A DNA stretch of 64,000 nt. It comes from Acutalibacteraceae bacterium. Lineage in GTDB: Bacteria > Bacillota > Clostridia > Oscillospirales > Acutalibacteraceae. This document shows positions 1 through 7,218 of this stretch, piece by piece. Position 1 is the stretch's first letter. Each line of letters begins with the position of its first letter. The notes below the pieces were generated by a model. That model was not told where the DNA came from. It saw only the letters and a list, made by a program, of their open reading frames with translations, and made no database searches. The position numbers were made by a program, and so were the translations under genes. The stretch lies in assembly GCA_045645885.1 (NCBI GenBank), contig JAZRJR010000073.1, positions 9,824-73,823 of the forward strand. The letters run 5' to 3'.

Positions 1-699
1 ATCTGTTGTGCCGTCTTCGTTAACTGTCTTTGTTGCACTCTGAAGACCGTAAGGATTCACATATACGCTCTGCATACCTGATGCGAAAAACTGCTGGTAT
101 GTATACTCAGTAACTTCGTCAACAAGATAATCTTCAACAATGGGGTTTGCAAGATCTGCAACAAGCTTTCCGCCGGTGCAATCTACAATTTCAATGCCTA
201 CCTTTGCTGTCTTTATGTAATTGATAGGCTTTTCGGGATAGCAAAGCACACGGGCCATATCGTTGAATTCTTCACAAAGATAGTAAATATCATCGTCTTC
301 GCCGAGGTTTGTTGTGTCTGCTGAGGGAAGATAATCCTTGTCGATGTAGCTTATTCCGAAGGTTTCCCTGAACTTCTTTCTGAGGCTTTTGAAGAAGCTT
401 TCAATTCTGTATCGGATTTCATAGATTCTTTCGCGGATTGTTTCAAAGATACCTAAGCCGCCGTCCTGATCTTCATAATAGCCGTCGTCGAAGCCGTTGT
501 TGTAGCCGTCACCGAAGCCGTCGGTATAGCCGTCATTGTAGCCTGAATTATAACCGTCATCGTAGCCTTCATCATAGCTGCCTGTGGTTGTTTCAGGTGT
601 TTCTGTTGTACCCTCTGCACTTACAAATGTTACTGAGCCGAAAAGCATCATAAGCGCAAGAAGCAGAGCAGTAATTGTTCTGAAGTTTCTGTTTTTCAT
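1..699 (-). CDS. Secreted protein, N-terminal part only (gene runs off the left edge). Signal peptide, then a (D/N)-G-(Y/F) low-complexity repeat, then an amphipathic helix.
   Basis: Absent from the ORF track because no stop lies inside the window. The reverse strand is open in one frame from 705 down to 1. ATGs occur at 705 and 699. GGAG (rc of 709-712) lies 9 nt before the 699 ATG, so 699 is preferred. Translation: MKNRNFRTITALLLALMMLFGSVTFVSA/EGTTETPE..., a typical signal peptide. It starts only 20-26 nt downstream of the stop of the 726-1937 gene, so it is probably co-transcribed. Confidence 0.7.
   Translation of the reverse strand, partial: MKNRNFRTITALLLALMMLFGSVTFVSAEGTTETPETTTGSYDEGYDDGYNSGYNDGYTDGFGDGYNNGFDDGYYEDQDGGLGIFETIRERIYEIRYRIESFFKSLRKKFRETFGISYIDKDYLPSADTTNLGEDDDIYYLCEEFNDMARVLCYPEKPINYIKTAKVGIEIVDCTGGKLVADLANPIVEDYLVDEVTEYTYQQFFASGMQSVYVNPYGLQSATKTVNEDGTTD
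475..573 (-). repeat. Coding low-complexity repeat DEGYDDGYNSGYNDGYTDGFGDGYNNGFDDGYY, i.e. (D/N)(D/S/N)G(Y/F) repeated about 8 times.
   Basis: Read directly from the reverse translation of 475-573. Visible on the plus strand as repeated gccgtc / gtagcc units. Confidence 0.8.
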
Positions 700-725
700 T
701 TTCATTATCTCCTTTTCTGTATATA

Positions 726-1937
726 TCATTCATCCCAGTGCCAGGCACCGCACCTGCACTGTTCATTGATACCGAATAAATCCCAGATTCTGAAGAGCAT
801 TAGATAAATAACCCTTGCTACGCCCTTTTTATGACAGATGCAGCTGCAATAATCGCATGCATCATATTCAGCCATGTCATAGAATCTGTAGCTGTATAAG
901 CTGTAACCATCACCTAAAGAAAGCAGAATGTACGCTGATGAGTTTTCCTTGAAGGATGCCATATCTATATTAAGCTCAACGTCAACTCTGTAAACACCAA
1001 CCTTGTCAATTGTTACTGCATCAGTGAAAGCGGTAATATTACATTCCTTTGTGCGGATTTCAGTTTCACCGTTCATTTTTGTGATTTTATATGTAATGCT
1101 TGTAAGAACATTATTTTTTTCAACTGTGTAGTCTATGAGATCGATTCTTCTGTAAGGACAGTCGATCACTTCAACAGGCACTTCAACACTTGCATCACAG
1201 TAAACGAACTCAACCGATGAGCCCATTTCCTCAGGAAATTCTCCGTCAGTGTATACGCTTTCAGCAACAAGCGGTCTTCCGTCAAGACTGAGGGGACCGC
1301 ACCAGCCTGTATATTCCCCCTGTATAATCGGAGCTGTTTTTGTTGTACCGTCAGCATATTCAATTATCATTTCCTTGCCTTCGAAATAATCCCAGTAGTA
1401 CATTTTATGATGAAACGGTTCAAACTCACACGCCGGTCTGATGCTTTTTATATAGCTTTCAACAATTTTACATTCAACTTCGCCTTCAAAACGCTTATTA
1501 TTGCCTCTTTCAAAGCTGATTGTAAGCTCAACATTTACGGGTACAGTATCGTCACCGTTTTCAATTGCTTTTTTGCAGTCCTCATAGCTTACATTGAATT
1601 TGGGACCTGAATAGCTTGTAGTGCTCGGTATTTCGTCAAATAATCTGTCAAGCTCAACGGTTTTTCCGTTTGAAAAGCTTACAATAAGATTATCGTAGTA
1701 AAAGCCTGAAGCAGGCGTTGAGGCATGAGGGTCATTCTGAAGAACTATAATATCTTCGTTAAGAACATCATGAAGCTTTTCGATTTCCTTCATAGAAATC
1801 ATAACACCCTCATCAAATTTTACCGATTTGATTTCAGGGTTTATGAGGCTGAGAGCTGCAAAGCTCTGAAGTGGTACAATGCTCATAAGCATAAGTATTG
1901 CGAAGGTGGTTGCGAGGATTCTCCTCAATTTTTTCAT
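726..1937 (-). CDS. Secreted protein of unknown function with a Cys-rich amphipathic C-terminal tail.
   Basis: ORF track 726-1952. The first ATG is part of the RBS (ATGGAGGTAAAAACAATG), so the start is moved to the ATG at 1937 (MKKLRRILATTFAILMLMSIVPLQSFA/A, a signal peptide). C-terminus: CDYCSCICHKKGVARVIYLMLFRIWDLFGINEQCRCGAWHWDE. No family recognised by eye. Confidence 0.8.
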   Translation of the reverse strand: MKKLRRILATTFAILMLMSIVPLQSFAALSLINPEIKSVKFDEGVMISMKEIEKLHDVLNEDIIVLQNDPHASTPASGFYYDNLIVSFSNGKTVELDRLFDEIPSTTSYSGPKFNVSYEDCKKAIENGDDTVPVNVELTISFERGNNKRFEGEVECKIVESYIKSIRPACEFEPFHHKMYYWDYFEGKEMIIEYADGTTKTAPIIQGEYTGWCGPLSLDGRPLVAESVYTDGEFPEEMGSSVEFVYCDASVEVPVEVIDCPYRRIDLIDYTVEKNNVLTSITYKITKMNGETEIRTKECNITAFTDAVTIDKVGVYRVDVELNIDMASFKENSSAYILLSLGDGYSLYSYRFYDMAEYDACDYCSCICHKKGVARVIYLMLFRIWDLFGINEQCRCGAWHWDE

Positions 1938-2001
1938 TGTTTTTACCTCCATATTTCTTTTAAGGGATATTCGACACTTTGCACCTTTTTGTTGAATAAA
2001 T

Positions 2002-2053
2002 AAAAAACGTCACGGCGCAGTTAGGCAGTTTCGTGCCTTCTGTTGCCGTGACG
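2002..2053 (-). terminator. Intrinsic terminator-like hairpin inside the leader of the 726-1937 gene.
   Basis: Minus strand reads CGTCACGGC-(28 nt loop with inner GGCA/TGCC stem)-GCCGTGACG followed by TTTTTTATTT. Stem arms are at 2045-2053 and 2008-2016, and the A-run is at 2002-2007 on the plus strand. It lies between a promoter at 2286-2314 and the start codon at 1937. Confidence 0.6.
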
Positions 2054-2285
2054 GTGTATTTATTGTATTTCCGGTTCGCTTTTCCCTGTTTTTATAGTCT
2101 CCCCTAAATGACAATAAAAAGTGCGCCCCCAACAACGGAACGCACCGAAAAATGCATTCCTTTGCCGCGACGCAAAATTATTAAATACAGACCGTTCAGG
2201 GATATAATTTAATAAAAGGAATACATTTTTTCCAAAATAAATTCCCTTCTCGGTTTTGCGGTATCCAATTTCACGTCGCAAAATC

Positions 2286-2314
2286 AGTATAACATAAATT
2301 TCGGGAAATATCAA
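2286..2314 (-). promoter_or_regulatory. Sigma-A-type promoter: TTGATA, 17-nt spacer, TATACT.
   Basis: The reverse complement of 2286-2314 reads TTGATATTTCCCGAAATTTATGTTATACT. It sits immediately downstream of the PAP2 gene terminator and about 350 nt upstream of the 1937 start. Confidence 0.55.
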
Positions 2315-2321
2315 TAGATTG

Positions 2322-2351
2322 GAAGAAAAACGGCAGTCGTCTGACTGCCGT
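2322..2351 (-). terminator. Intrinsic terminator of the PAP2 gene.
   Basis: Minus strand reads ACGGCAGTC-AGAC-GACTGCCGT followed by TTTTTCTTC, starting 7 nt after the stop at 2358. Confidence 0.75.
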
Positions 2352-2357
2352 TAAAAA

Positions 2358-2987
2358 TTACGCTGCTTTTTCTTTTTTCTTGAACTTTGAGAAAATTGCG
2401 TTAAGCACTTTATCAACATAGGGATAAAGAAGCTTTGCAATAAGCACACCGATAAGTGCATAGATGATGCCTACAATTGCGCCGCCGATAACGTCTGTGC
2501 AGTAGTGAACCTCAACATAGATACGGCTGAAGCCCATAATTGCTGCAAAGATTGTTGTGGGAACACCGAGCTTTCTGTCGTGGCAGAGAAGTGCAATTGC
2601 TGCAGCAAAAGCTGATGATGTGTGACCTGAGGGGAATGAGAAGCTTGAGGGCTGGTGAATCTTGAAGTAGGGATACTTGTAAACCTCATACCACCAGTCA
2701 TATGCTTCAGGGTCAAGGTTGAAGGGACGGGGTCTTGCAATAAGCTCTTTAAGTACAAGGTTGTTGAGCACAAGCATTACAACGAGTGCAACGAGAATGC
2801 TTACGCCTGCTTTGCGGTATTTCTTTGTGCAAAGAAGAACAAGACCGAGAACGATGAAAATAATGCCCTCATCACCGAGTGTTGTAACTGTTGTCATAAT
2901 TGCTGTGAGGAAGTGACTCTGAATGCTCTGTACCCATTCGAATACTGCAAGGTCAAATCCAAGCAAGCTGTCGAAAAATGCTGTCAT
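2358..2987 (-). CDS. PAP2-superfamily phosphatase (undecaprenyl-diphosphatase / phosphatidic acid phosphatase type).
   Basis: All three PAP2 signature motifs are present in order: KELIARPRP (K-x6-RP), PSGH (FPSGHTS) and SRIYVEVHYCTD (SR-x5-H-x3-D). Several hydrophobic helices. Confidence 0.9.
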   Translation of the reverse strand: MTAFFDSLLGFDLAVFEWVQSIQSHFLTAIMTTVTTLGDEGIIFIVLGLVLLCTKKYRKAGVSILVALVVMLVLNNLVLKELIARPRPFNLDPEAYDWWYEVYKYPYFKIHQPSSFSFPSGHTSSAFAAAIALLCHDRKLGVPTTIFAAIMGFSRIYVEVHYCTDVIGGAIVGIIYALIGVLIAKLLYPYVDKVLNAIFSKFKKKEKAA

Positions 2988-3035
2988 TTTGATTTTTCCT
3001 TTCTGTCTTCATTAATTTATATTTACCCTTACGGG

Positions 3036-3500
3036 TTAAATATCCTTAGGATAATATTCAAACATACCCTTTGCTATGTCAAGGACACAGTATCTGCCGT
3101 CACAGACCGCACCGGGATTTACGGCAAAAATTCCCGTTGCCGCATCGCTGTAGAGATTTCTCTGATGAGTGTGACCATAAAGAGCAAGGTTGCCCCTGAC
3201 GGAGGCAGTTTTGTTTATCAGCTCACGGAGAGTACTTCTCACTCGGAAAGCATCACCGTGACACGCCATAATGGTTACACCGTCAATATGCTTATATGCC
3301 TCTTTGTTTTCCTGATAGCAGAAATCGTTGTTACCCTTCACGCAGATGAACTTCTTTTTCGGATAATCAGGTTTAACCTTTTCAATATCAGAGAGTCCGT
3401 CGCCGAGAAAGAAAACAATTTCGGCTTCAGGTTCAGTGTCAAGAATTCTTCTGAGAAAATGCACCGCACCGTGTGAATCGGAAAGAACAAGAACTTTCAT
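3036..3500 (-). CDS. YfcE/MJ0936-family metallophosphoesterase.
   Basis: Calcineurin-like motifs in canonical order: LSDSHG (DxH), FLGDG (GD), GNNDF (GNxD), ACHGD, GHTH. The 154-aa size is typical of the family. Confidence 0.9.
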   Translation of the reverse strand: MKVLVLSDSHGAVHFLRRILDTEPEAEIVFFLGDGLSDIEKVKPDYPKKKFICVKGNNDFCYQENKEAYKHIDGVTIMACHGDAFRVRSTLRELINKTASVRGNLALYGHTHQRNLYSDAATGIFAVNPGAVCDGRYCVLDIAKGMFEYYPKDI

Positions 3501-3573
3501 TCATATCCCCGCCTTTCCTTTCATAGAATTGAATATATCTTAGATATATTATCACAAGTCAGGTGGTTTTTCA

Positions 3574-3801
3574 ATGGATAACGGCACAAAAATTTCCAAA
3601 GAACAGATAGAAAATATGAAAACAGAGCTTGAAAGCGTAAAAAAAGAAAACGGAGACATCAACACCTTCCTTCAGAAATATCTTGACAGAGAACAAGGCG
3701 AACGGGTCAAAAGGGTGCTTTCTGATCCGCAGAAAATAAAAGAGATTCTCTCCTCTCCCCTTGCGAAAAGCTTTATGGAGAAATACGAAAGCAAGGAGTA
3801 A
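3574..3801 (+). CDS. Small charged hypothetical protein (75 aa).
   Basis: ORF track. GGTGG RBS 8 nt upstream. Lys/Glu-rich and probably helical. A 5-nt gap separates it from the next ORF. Confidence 0.55.
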   Translation: MDNGTKISKEQIENMKTELESVKKENGDINTFLQKYLDREQGERVKRVLSDPQKIKEILSSPLAKSFMEKYESKE

Positions 3802-3806
3802 CCCCT

Positions 3807-4166
3807 ATGGATTTAAGCTCACTGAACCTTGACAATCTGGGCGATATCATGGCTTCTTTAAGCGAAGAAGATATGGCAAAGCTAAGCTCTCTTGCAGATG
3901 AGCTTATGGGCAGCGGGCAGAAGGAAAAAAGCAAGCCATCTCAGGATGACAGCAATTTTTTCTCAGGGATAAATCCTGATATGATGGCAAAAATGATGAG
4001 CATTATAGGAAAGCTCAACTCTGCGCCCAAAGACCCACGCTGTGACCTTATCAATTCGCTGAAGCCTCTTTTAAGCAAAGAAAAACAGCAAAAGGCCGAT
4101 GAAGCCGTAAAGATGCTTCAGCTTCTGTCGGTGATACCTCTTCTGGGAGATTCCTTACAGTTATGA
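3807..4166 (+). CDS. Hypothetical protein (119 aa).
   Basis: ORF track. AAGGAG RBS 8 nt upstream of the ATG. Coding-like composition. No family recognised. Confidence 0.6.
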   Translation: MDLSSLNLDNLGDIMASLSEEDMAKLSSLADELMGSGQKEKSKPSQDDSNFFSGINPDMMAKMMSIIGKLNSAPKDPRCDLINSLKPLLSKEKQQKADEAVKMLQLLSVIPLLGDSLQL

Positions 4167-4279
4167 ACATAAATCTTGCCGACAGAGATTCTTCACTTGT
4201 CCTCACTCTTCTCATCCTCCTTTTAAGCGAAAGCACAGACGAAATCCTTGTTATGGCGCTGCTGTATATTCTCACTTGA
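4163..4279 (+). CDS. Candidate 38-aa hydrophobic micro-protein, translationally coupled to the preceding ORF.
   Basis: Below the ORF-track size cut-off. The ATG at 4163 overlaps the TGA of the previous ORF (ATGA overlap). Translation read by hand: MNINLADRDSSLVLTLLILLLSESTDEILVMALLYILT, stop at 4277-4279. Confidence 0.35.
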   Translation: MNINLADRDSSLVLTLLILLLSESTDEILVMALLYILT

Positions 4280-4304
4280 CAAAGAGCAAGCCTTTTAATA
4301 TAAT
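4276..4304 (+). promoter_or_regulatory. Consensus sigma-A promoter: TTGACA, 17-nt spacer, TATAAT.
   Basis: TTGACA at 4276-4281, TATAAT at 4299-4304, about 30 nt upstream of the 4335 start codon. Confidence 0.65.
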
Positions 4305-4334
4305 AAGGTGAATTCTAAAAGGAGGACAAGTGAA

Positions 4335-4583
4335 ATGACCTACAGTTACAGACCTCAGGGTGTTTGCGCAAGAGGACTCAGCTTTGAAATTGAAGATAAT
4401 ATAGTTAAAAATATTGAATTCATGGGTGGCTGCTCAGGTAACACTCAGGGTGTTGCCGCTCTTGCAGAGGGTATGGATGCAAACGAGCTTATTGAAAGAC
4501 TTGCAGGAATCCGTTGCGGATTCAAAAGCACATCCTGTCCCGACCAGCTTGCAAAGGCAGTTGCCAAAGCACTCGAAGAATAA
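4335..4583 (+). CDS. TSCPD-domain / TIGR03905-type small 4-Cys protein.
   Basis: MTYSYRPQGVCARGLSFEIEDNIVKNIEFMGGCSGNTQGVAALAEGM...GIRCGFKSTSCPDQLAKAV contains the family's characteristic GGC.GN and TSCPDQLA motifs. The track start (GTG 4308) is moved to the ATG at 4335, which has AAAGGAGGA 8 nt upstream. Confidence 0.85.
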   Translation: MTYSYRPQGVCARGLSFEIEDNIVKNIEFMGGCSGNTQGVAALAEGMDANELIERLAGIRCGFKSTSCPDQLAKAVAKALEE

Positions 4584-4609
4584 AAAGAGCCGACGGGCTC
4601 TTTTTTTTA
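4583..4609 (+). terminator. Intrinsic terminator.
   Basis: AAAAGAGCC-GACG-GGCTCTTTTTTTT immediately after the stop codon. Confidence 0.85.
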
Positions 4610-4750
4610 TTCAGAGTTGAGAGTTCAGAGTTAAGAGTTGAGATGTGGTCACGTTTTTATACTCAGACAACAAGCAATATATTCCCCGCGAAATTAAAAC
4701 ACAAAATCGGATAAACAGTAAATTATATCCGCCTTTACCGATACAAACAA

Positions 4751-4794
4751 TAAAAAGAAAGTCCGCCGAGTAAGCAAATCTGCTTTGGCGGACT
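4751..4794 (-). terminator. Intrinsic terminator of the DMT transporter gene.
   Basis: Minus strand reads AGTCCGCC-(loop)-GGCGGACT followed by TTCTTTTTATT. Confidence 0.7.
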
Positions 4795-4854
4795 GATTGT
4801 TTAATTTCAGTAACACATTGAAACGGATAAAATCGGAGCGAAGCGACCCGCATT

Positions 4855-5799
4855 TCAACTTTCCACTTTCAACTTTTCACTTTGTTTCGTAAGCTTCTTT
4901 TCCGGAAGCTGAGCAACGATTATTGCGGCAAACATAAGGATACAGCCGATTGCTTCCCTTGATGTGGGAATCTGATGAAGAACAATCATGCCTGAGATTA
5001 CTGCAAACACAGATTCAAGACTCATTATCATTGAAGCAACCGTAGGCTGATTCATTTTCTGCTGACCTAAAATCTGAAGGGTGTAAGCCACACCGCTTGA
5101 CATTATGCCTGAATATGCAATTGACGGAGCTGCTGCCTTAATGAGCTCAAGGCTTACCTCTTCAGAGAGAAGCATAGGCACAGAAGCAATTATTCCGCAC
5201 ACAAGAAACTGCATTGCTGAAAGCTTCACACCGTCAACGTGAGGTGAAACATAATCGATAATGAGAATATGCACAGCATAGCAGGCGGCACAGAGAAGCA
5301 CATAGAAATCTGAGCTCTGCACACTGTTTTCTGTTACACAAAGAAGATAAAGGCCCACAAGTGAAACCGCAACGCAAAGCCAGATAAGCGGTCTGATTTT
5401 CTTTTTGAGCGCAATTGAGAAAATGGGTACAAGAAGAATGTAAAGTGCAGTTATAAAGCCTGCCTTACCCGGTGAAGTACCCTTATCAATGCCCACCTGC
5501 TGAAGCACAGAAGCAAAGGTCAGACAAACGCCGCAGGCAAGTCCGCCGAAAAGGAAGAACTTTTTATCCTTATTTTTTTCTGCTGCAGCTTCTGCAGTAT
5601 TTTTCTTTTTAAAGGCTCCCATTATGAAAATAACGGGAACAAGTGCAACGCTGCCGAGAAGGCTTCTCAGCGCAATAAAGGTGAAGGGGCCCACATATTC
5701 TGCGCCTGTGGTCTGTGCAACGAAGGAGCTGCCCCAGACAATAGCGCAAATCATCAGCATTATGCTGCCCACAAGATTATTTTTCTTTTCTGCTTTCAT
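4855..5799 (-). CDS. DMT-superfamily (EamA-type) transporter.
   Basis: 314 aa with about 10 hydrophobic helices arranged as two EamA-like halves. The N-terminus ...ICAIVWGSSFVAQ is typical of the family. Confidence 0.85.
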   Translation of the reverse strand: MKAEKKNNLVGSIMLMICAIVWGSSFVAQTTGAEYVGPFTFIALRSLLGSVALVPVIFIMGAFKKKNTAEAAAEKNKDKKFFLFGGLACGVCLTFASVLQQVGIDKGTSPGKAGFITALYILLVPIFSIALKKKIRPLIWLCVAVSLVGLYLLCVTENSVQSSDFYVLLCAACYAVHILIIDYVSPHVDGVKLSAMQFLVCGIIASVPMLLSEEVSLELIKAAAPSIAYSGIMSSGVAYTLQILGQQKMNQPTVASMIMSLESVFAVISGMIVLHQIPTSREAIGCILMFAAIIVAQLPEKKLTKQSEKLKVES

Positions 5800-5817
5800 A
5801 ATTCTGTCTCCTGAAAT

Positions 5818-6534
5818 TTATGCTAAGGCGGGTATATACTGACCGAGAAGTGCAAAAAGTGCACAGATAAACGGTGCAAAAACAAGGGCAGGAAAATAGT
5901 TTGCAACCTTGATTTTTGTAATACCCATAAGATTGAGTCCGAGAGCGAAAATCATAAGTGAACCCACACAGGTAATTTCTGCAATTGCCGCCTCATTCAG
6001 AACAGAGTCAAGAAGACCTGAAAGAAGCACAAGTCCGCCCTGAAAAACAAGCACAAAAAGCGCGGCAAAAATCACACCGATACCGAGAGAAGCAGAAAGC
6101 ATCATTGACGAGAAAAGGTCAAGAATACTCTTTGTAAAAAGGGTTGTGTTGTCACCCTTAAGACCTGCTTCAAGAGAGCCGATGATTGTCATTGCGCCCA
6201 CACAGAAAAGCAGGCTTGCAGTAACAAAGCCCTCAGCAACGGAAGCTTTTCCGTTTTCGGTCTTTTTCATTTTTCTTTGCAATATATCACCTGCGGAATT
6301 AAGCTTTCCGTCAATATCAAGTGCTGTGCCAACCAAAGCACCAAGCACCATTGAGATAATTGCAACGAGCACATTCTGTCCCTTCAGCATACCTGAAATG
6401 CCGATGAAAACAGTACACAGACCGATGCCTGTCATAACTGCGCCGCTGTATTTTTCGGAAATACCTTTTTTGAAAACAAGTCCGACTGTACTTCCTATAA
6501 GCACCGTAAGGACATTCACGAGAACACCTGTCAT
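5818..6534 (-). CDS. DUF554-family membrane protein (YdfK/YqgA-like).
   Basis: MTGVLVNVLTVLIGSTVGLVFKKGISEKY... matches the conserved DUF554 N-terminus. I prefer the ATG at 6534 over the track start at 6585, which adds 17 atypical residues. Polytopic membrane protein. Confidence 0.8.
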   Translation of the reverse strand: MTGVLVNVLTVLIGSTVGLVFKKGISEKYSGAVMTGIGLCTVFIGISGMLKGQNVLVAIISMVLGALVGTALDIDGKLNSAGDILQRKMKKTENGKASVAEGFVTASLLFCVGAMTIIGSLEAGLKGDNTTLFTKSILDLFSSMMLSASLGIGVIFAALFVLVFQGGLVLLSGLLDSVLNEAAIAEITCVGSLMIFALGLNLMGITKIKVANYFPALVFAPFICALFALLGQYIPALA

Positions 6535-6653
6535 TTTTTCACTTCCAAAAATCAAATCTGCCATAGAGTATATCACAAGCTTCACTCAAAGTAAAGATAA
6601 TATTTTACGGAGAGTTATGGTAAACTCTCCGTATTTTTCTATAAGTTGATTTC

Positions 6654-6682
6654 AAAAAAAGAGGTGTCATGCAAGACACCCC
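6654..6682 (-). terminator. Intrinsic terminator of the flavin-reductase-like gene.
   Basis: Minus strand reads GGGGTGTC-TTGCAT-GACACCTC followed by TTTTTTTG. Confidence 0.75.
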
Positions 6683-6689
6683 TTAAAAA

Positions 6690-7187
6690 TCAGTTTTCAT
6701 AAGCGCCAACAATTTTGCCAACATACATTCTGTGATAATCCTTCTGAGCATAGTTTTTGCCGTCAAGACTTTCATCAACAAAGCCCTTGGGATCAAGGTC
6801 CTGATAATAAAGCTTTTCGCAGACAATTGTGAGTCTGCTTTCAGAAAAGCCCATGCTACCGTCAACGCTTACAGGAGTAAGACCTGTTTCCTTTGCCTTG
6901 TCGCAGTCTCTTCCGCTGTTTCTTCCGCAGAAGGTAAGAGCCTTTTTGTATTCCTCGGAGAAAAAGCTGAGAGTGAATCTTTCGTTTTTCTCTGTGAATT
7001 CATAGGTGTAGCGCTGAGGACGGATAAAGATGAAGCATACATCCTCATTCCACAGCTCACCCATAGCACCCCAGGAAGCAGTCATTGTGTTATAGCTGTT
7101 TTCATCACCCGCTGTAATAAGGCACCAGGAATCATCGAAGAGTGAAACTGCATTTTCCTTAAGCGCTTTGATATCAATTTTCTTCAT
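6690..7187 (-). CDS. Flavin reductase-like, FMN-binding split-barrel protein.
   Basis: 165 aa. The YNTMTASWG motif (N-x-MT-x-SW) and overall size are typical of the flavin reductase domain family. Confidence 0.75.
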   Translation of the reverse strand: MKKIDIKALKENAVSLFDDSWCLITAGDENSYNTMTASWGAMGELWNEDVCFIFIRPQRYTYEFTEKNERFTLSFFSEEYKKALTFCGRNSGRDCDKAKETGLTPVSVDGSMGFSESRLTIVCEKLYYQDLDPKGFVDESLDGKNYAQKDYHRMYVGKIVGAYEN

Positions 7188-7218
7188 AGCCGAACCTCTT
7201 TATCAGATACTTATCAGA

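Noticed and set aside
2060-2314. The 84-aa minus-strand ORF in the track.
   Set aside because: It lies entirely within the promoter-to-terminator leader of the 726-1937 gene. It has no RBS and its composition is odd (MIFPEIYVILILRREIGYRKTEKG...). It is better explained as non-coding leader.
1938-2314. Calling the leader a c-di-GMP (GEMM) riboswitch.
   Set aside because: Surface-protein context made this tempting, but I could not find the conserved GEMM-I or GEMM-II core sequences by eye. It is reported only as an unclassified leader.
2655-3476. The 273-aa plus-strand ORF spanning the PAP2 and phosphoesterase genes.
   Set aside because: It is antisense to two genes that have complete family motifs, it crosses their intergenic region, and its sequence is Cys/Asn/Phe-rich junk.
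4611-4853. The 80-aa minus-strand ORF, and the plus-strand ORFs at 4414-4620 and 4514-4714.
   Set aside because: They run through two intrinsic terminators and the heptamer arrays, or overlap the well-supported TSCPD gene out of frame. They have no RBS.
6607-6640. The hairpin ACGGAGAG-TTATGGTAAA-CTCTCCGT followed by ATTTTTCT, which looks like a plus-strand terminator.
   Set aside because: There is no plus-strand gene upstream for it to terminate. On the minus strand it has no U-tract. It may insulate against antisense transcription or be a 5' UTR stem of the DUF554 gene, but I cannot support a specific call.
6146-7145. The plus-strand ORFs at 6146-6649 and 6732-7145. The same reasoning applies to the similar antisense ORFs at 9660-10064, 10831-11130, 13123-13731, 15139-15522 and 57861-63662.
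   Set aside because: Each is antisense to, or out of frame with, a gene that has clear family motifs. None has a start context or a recognisable motif.
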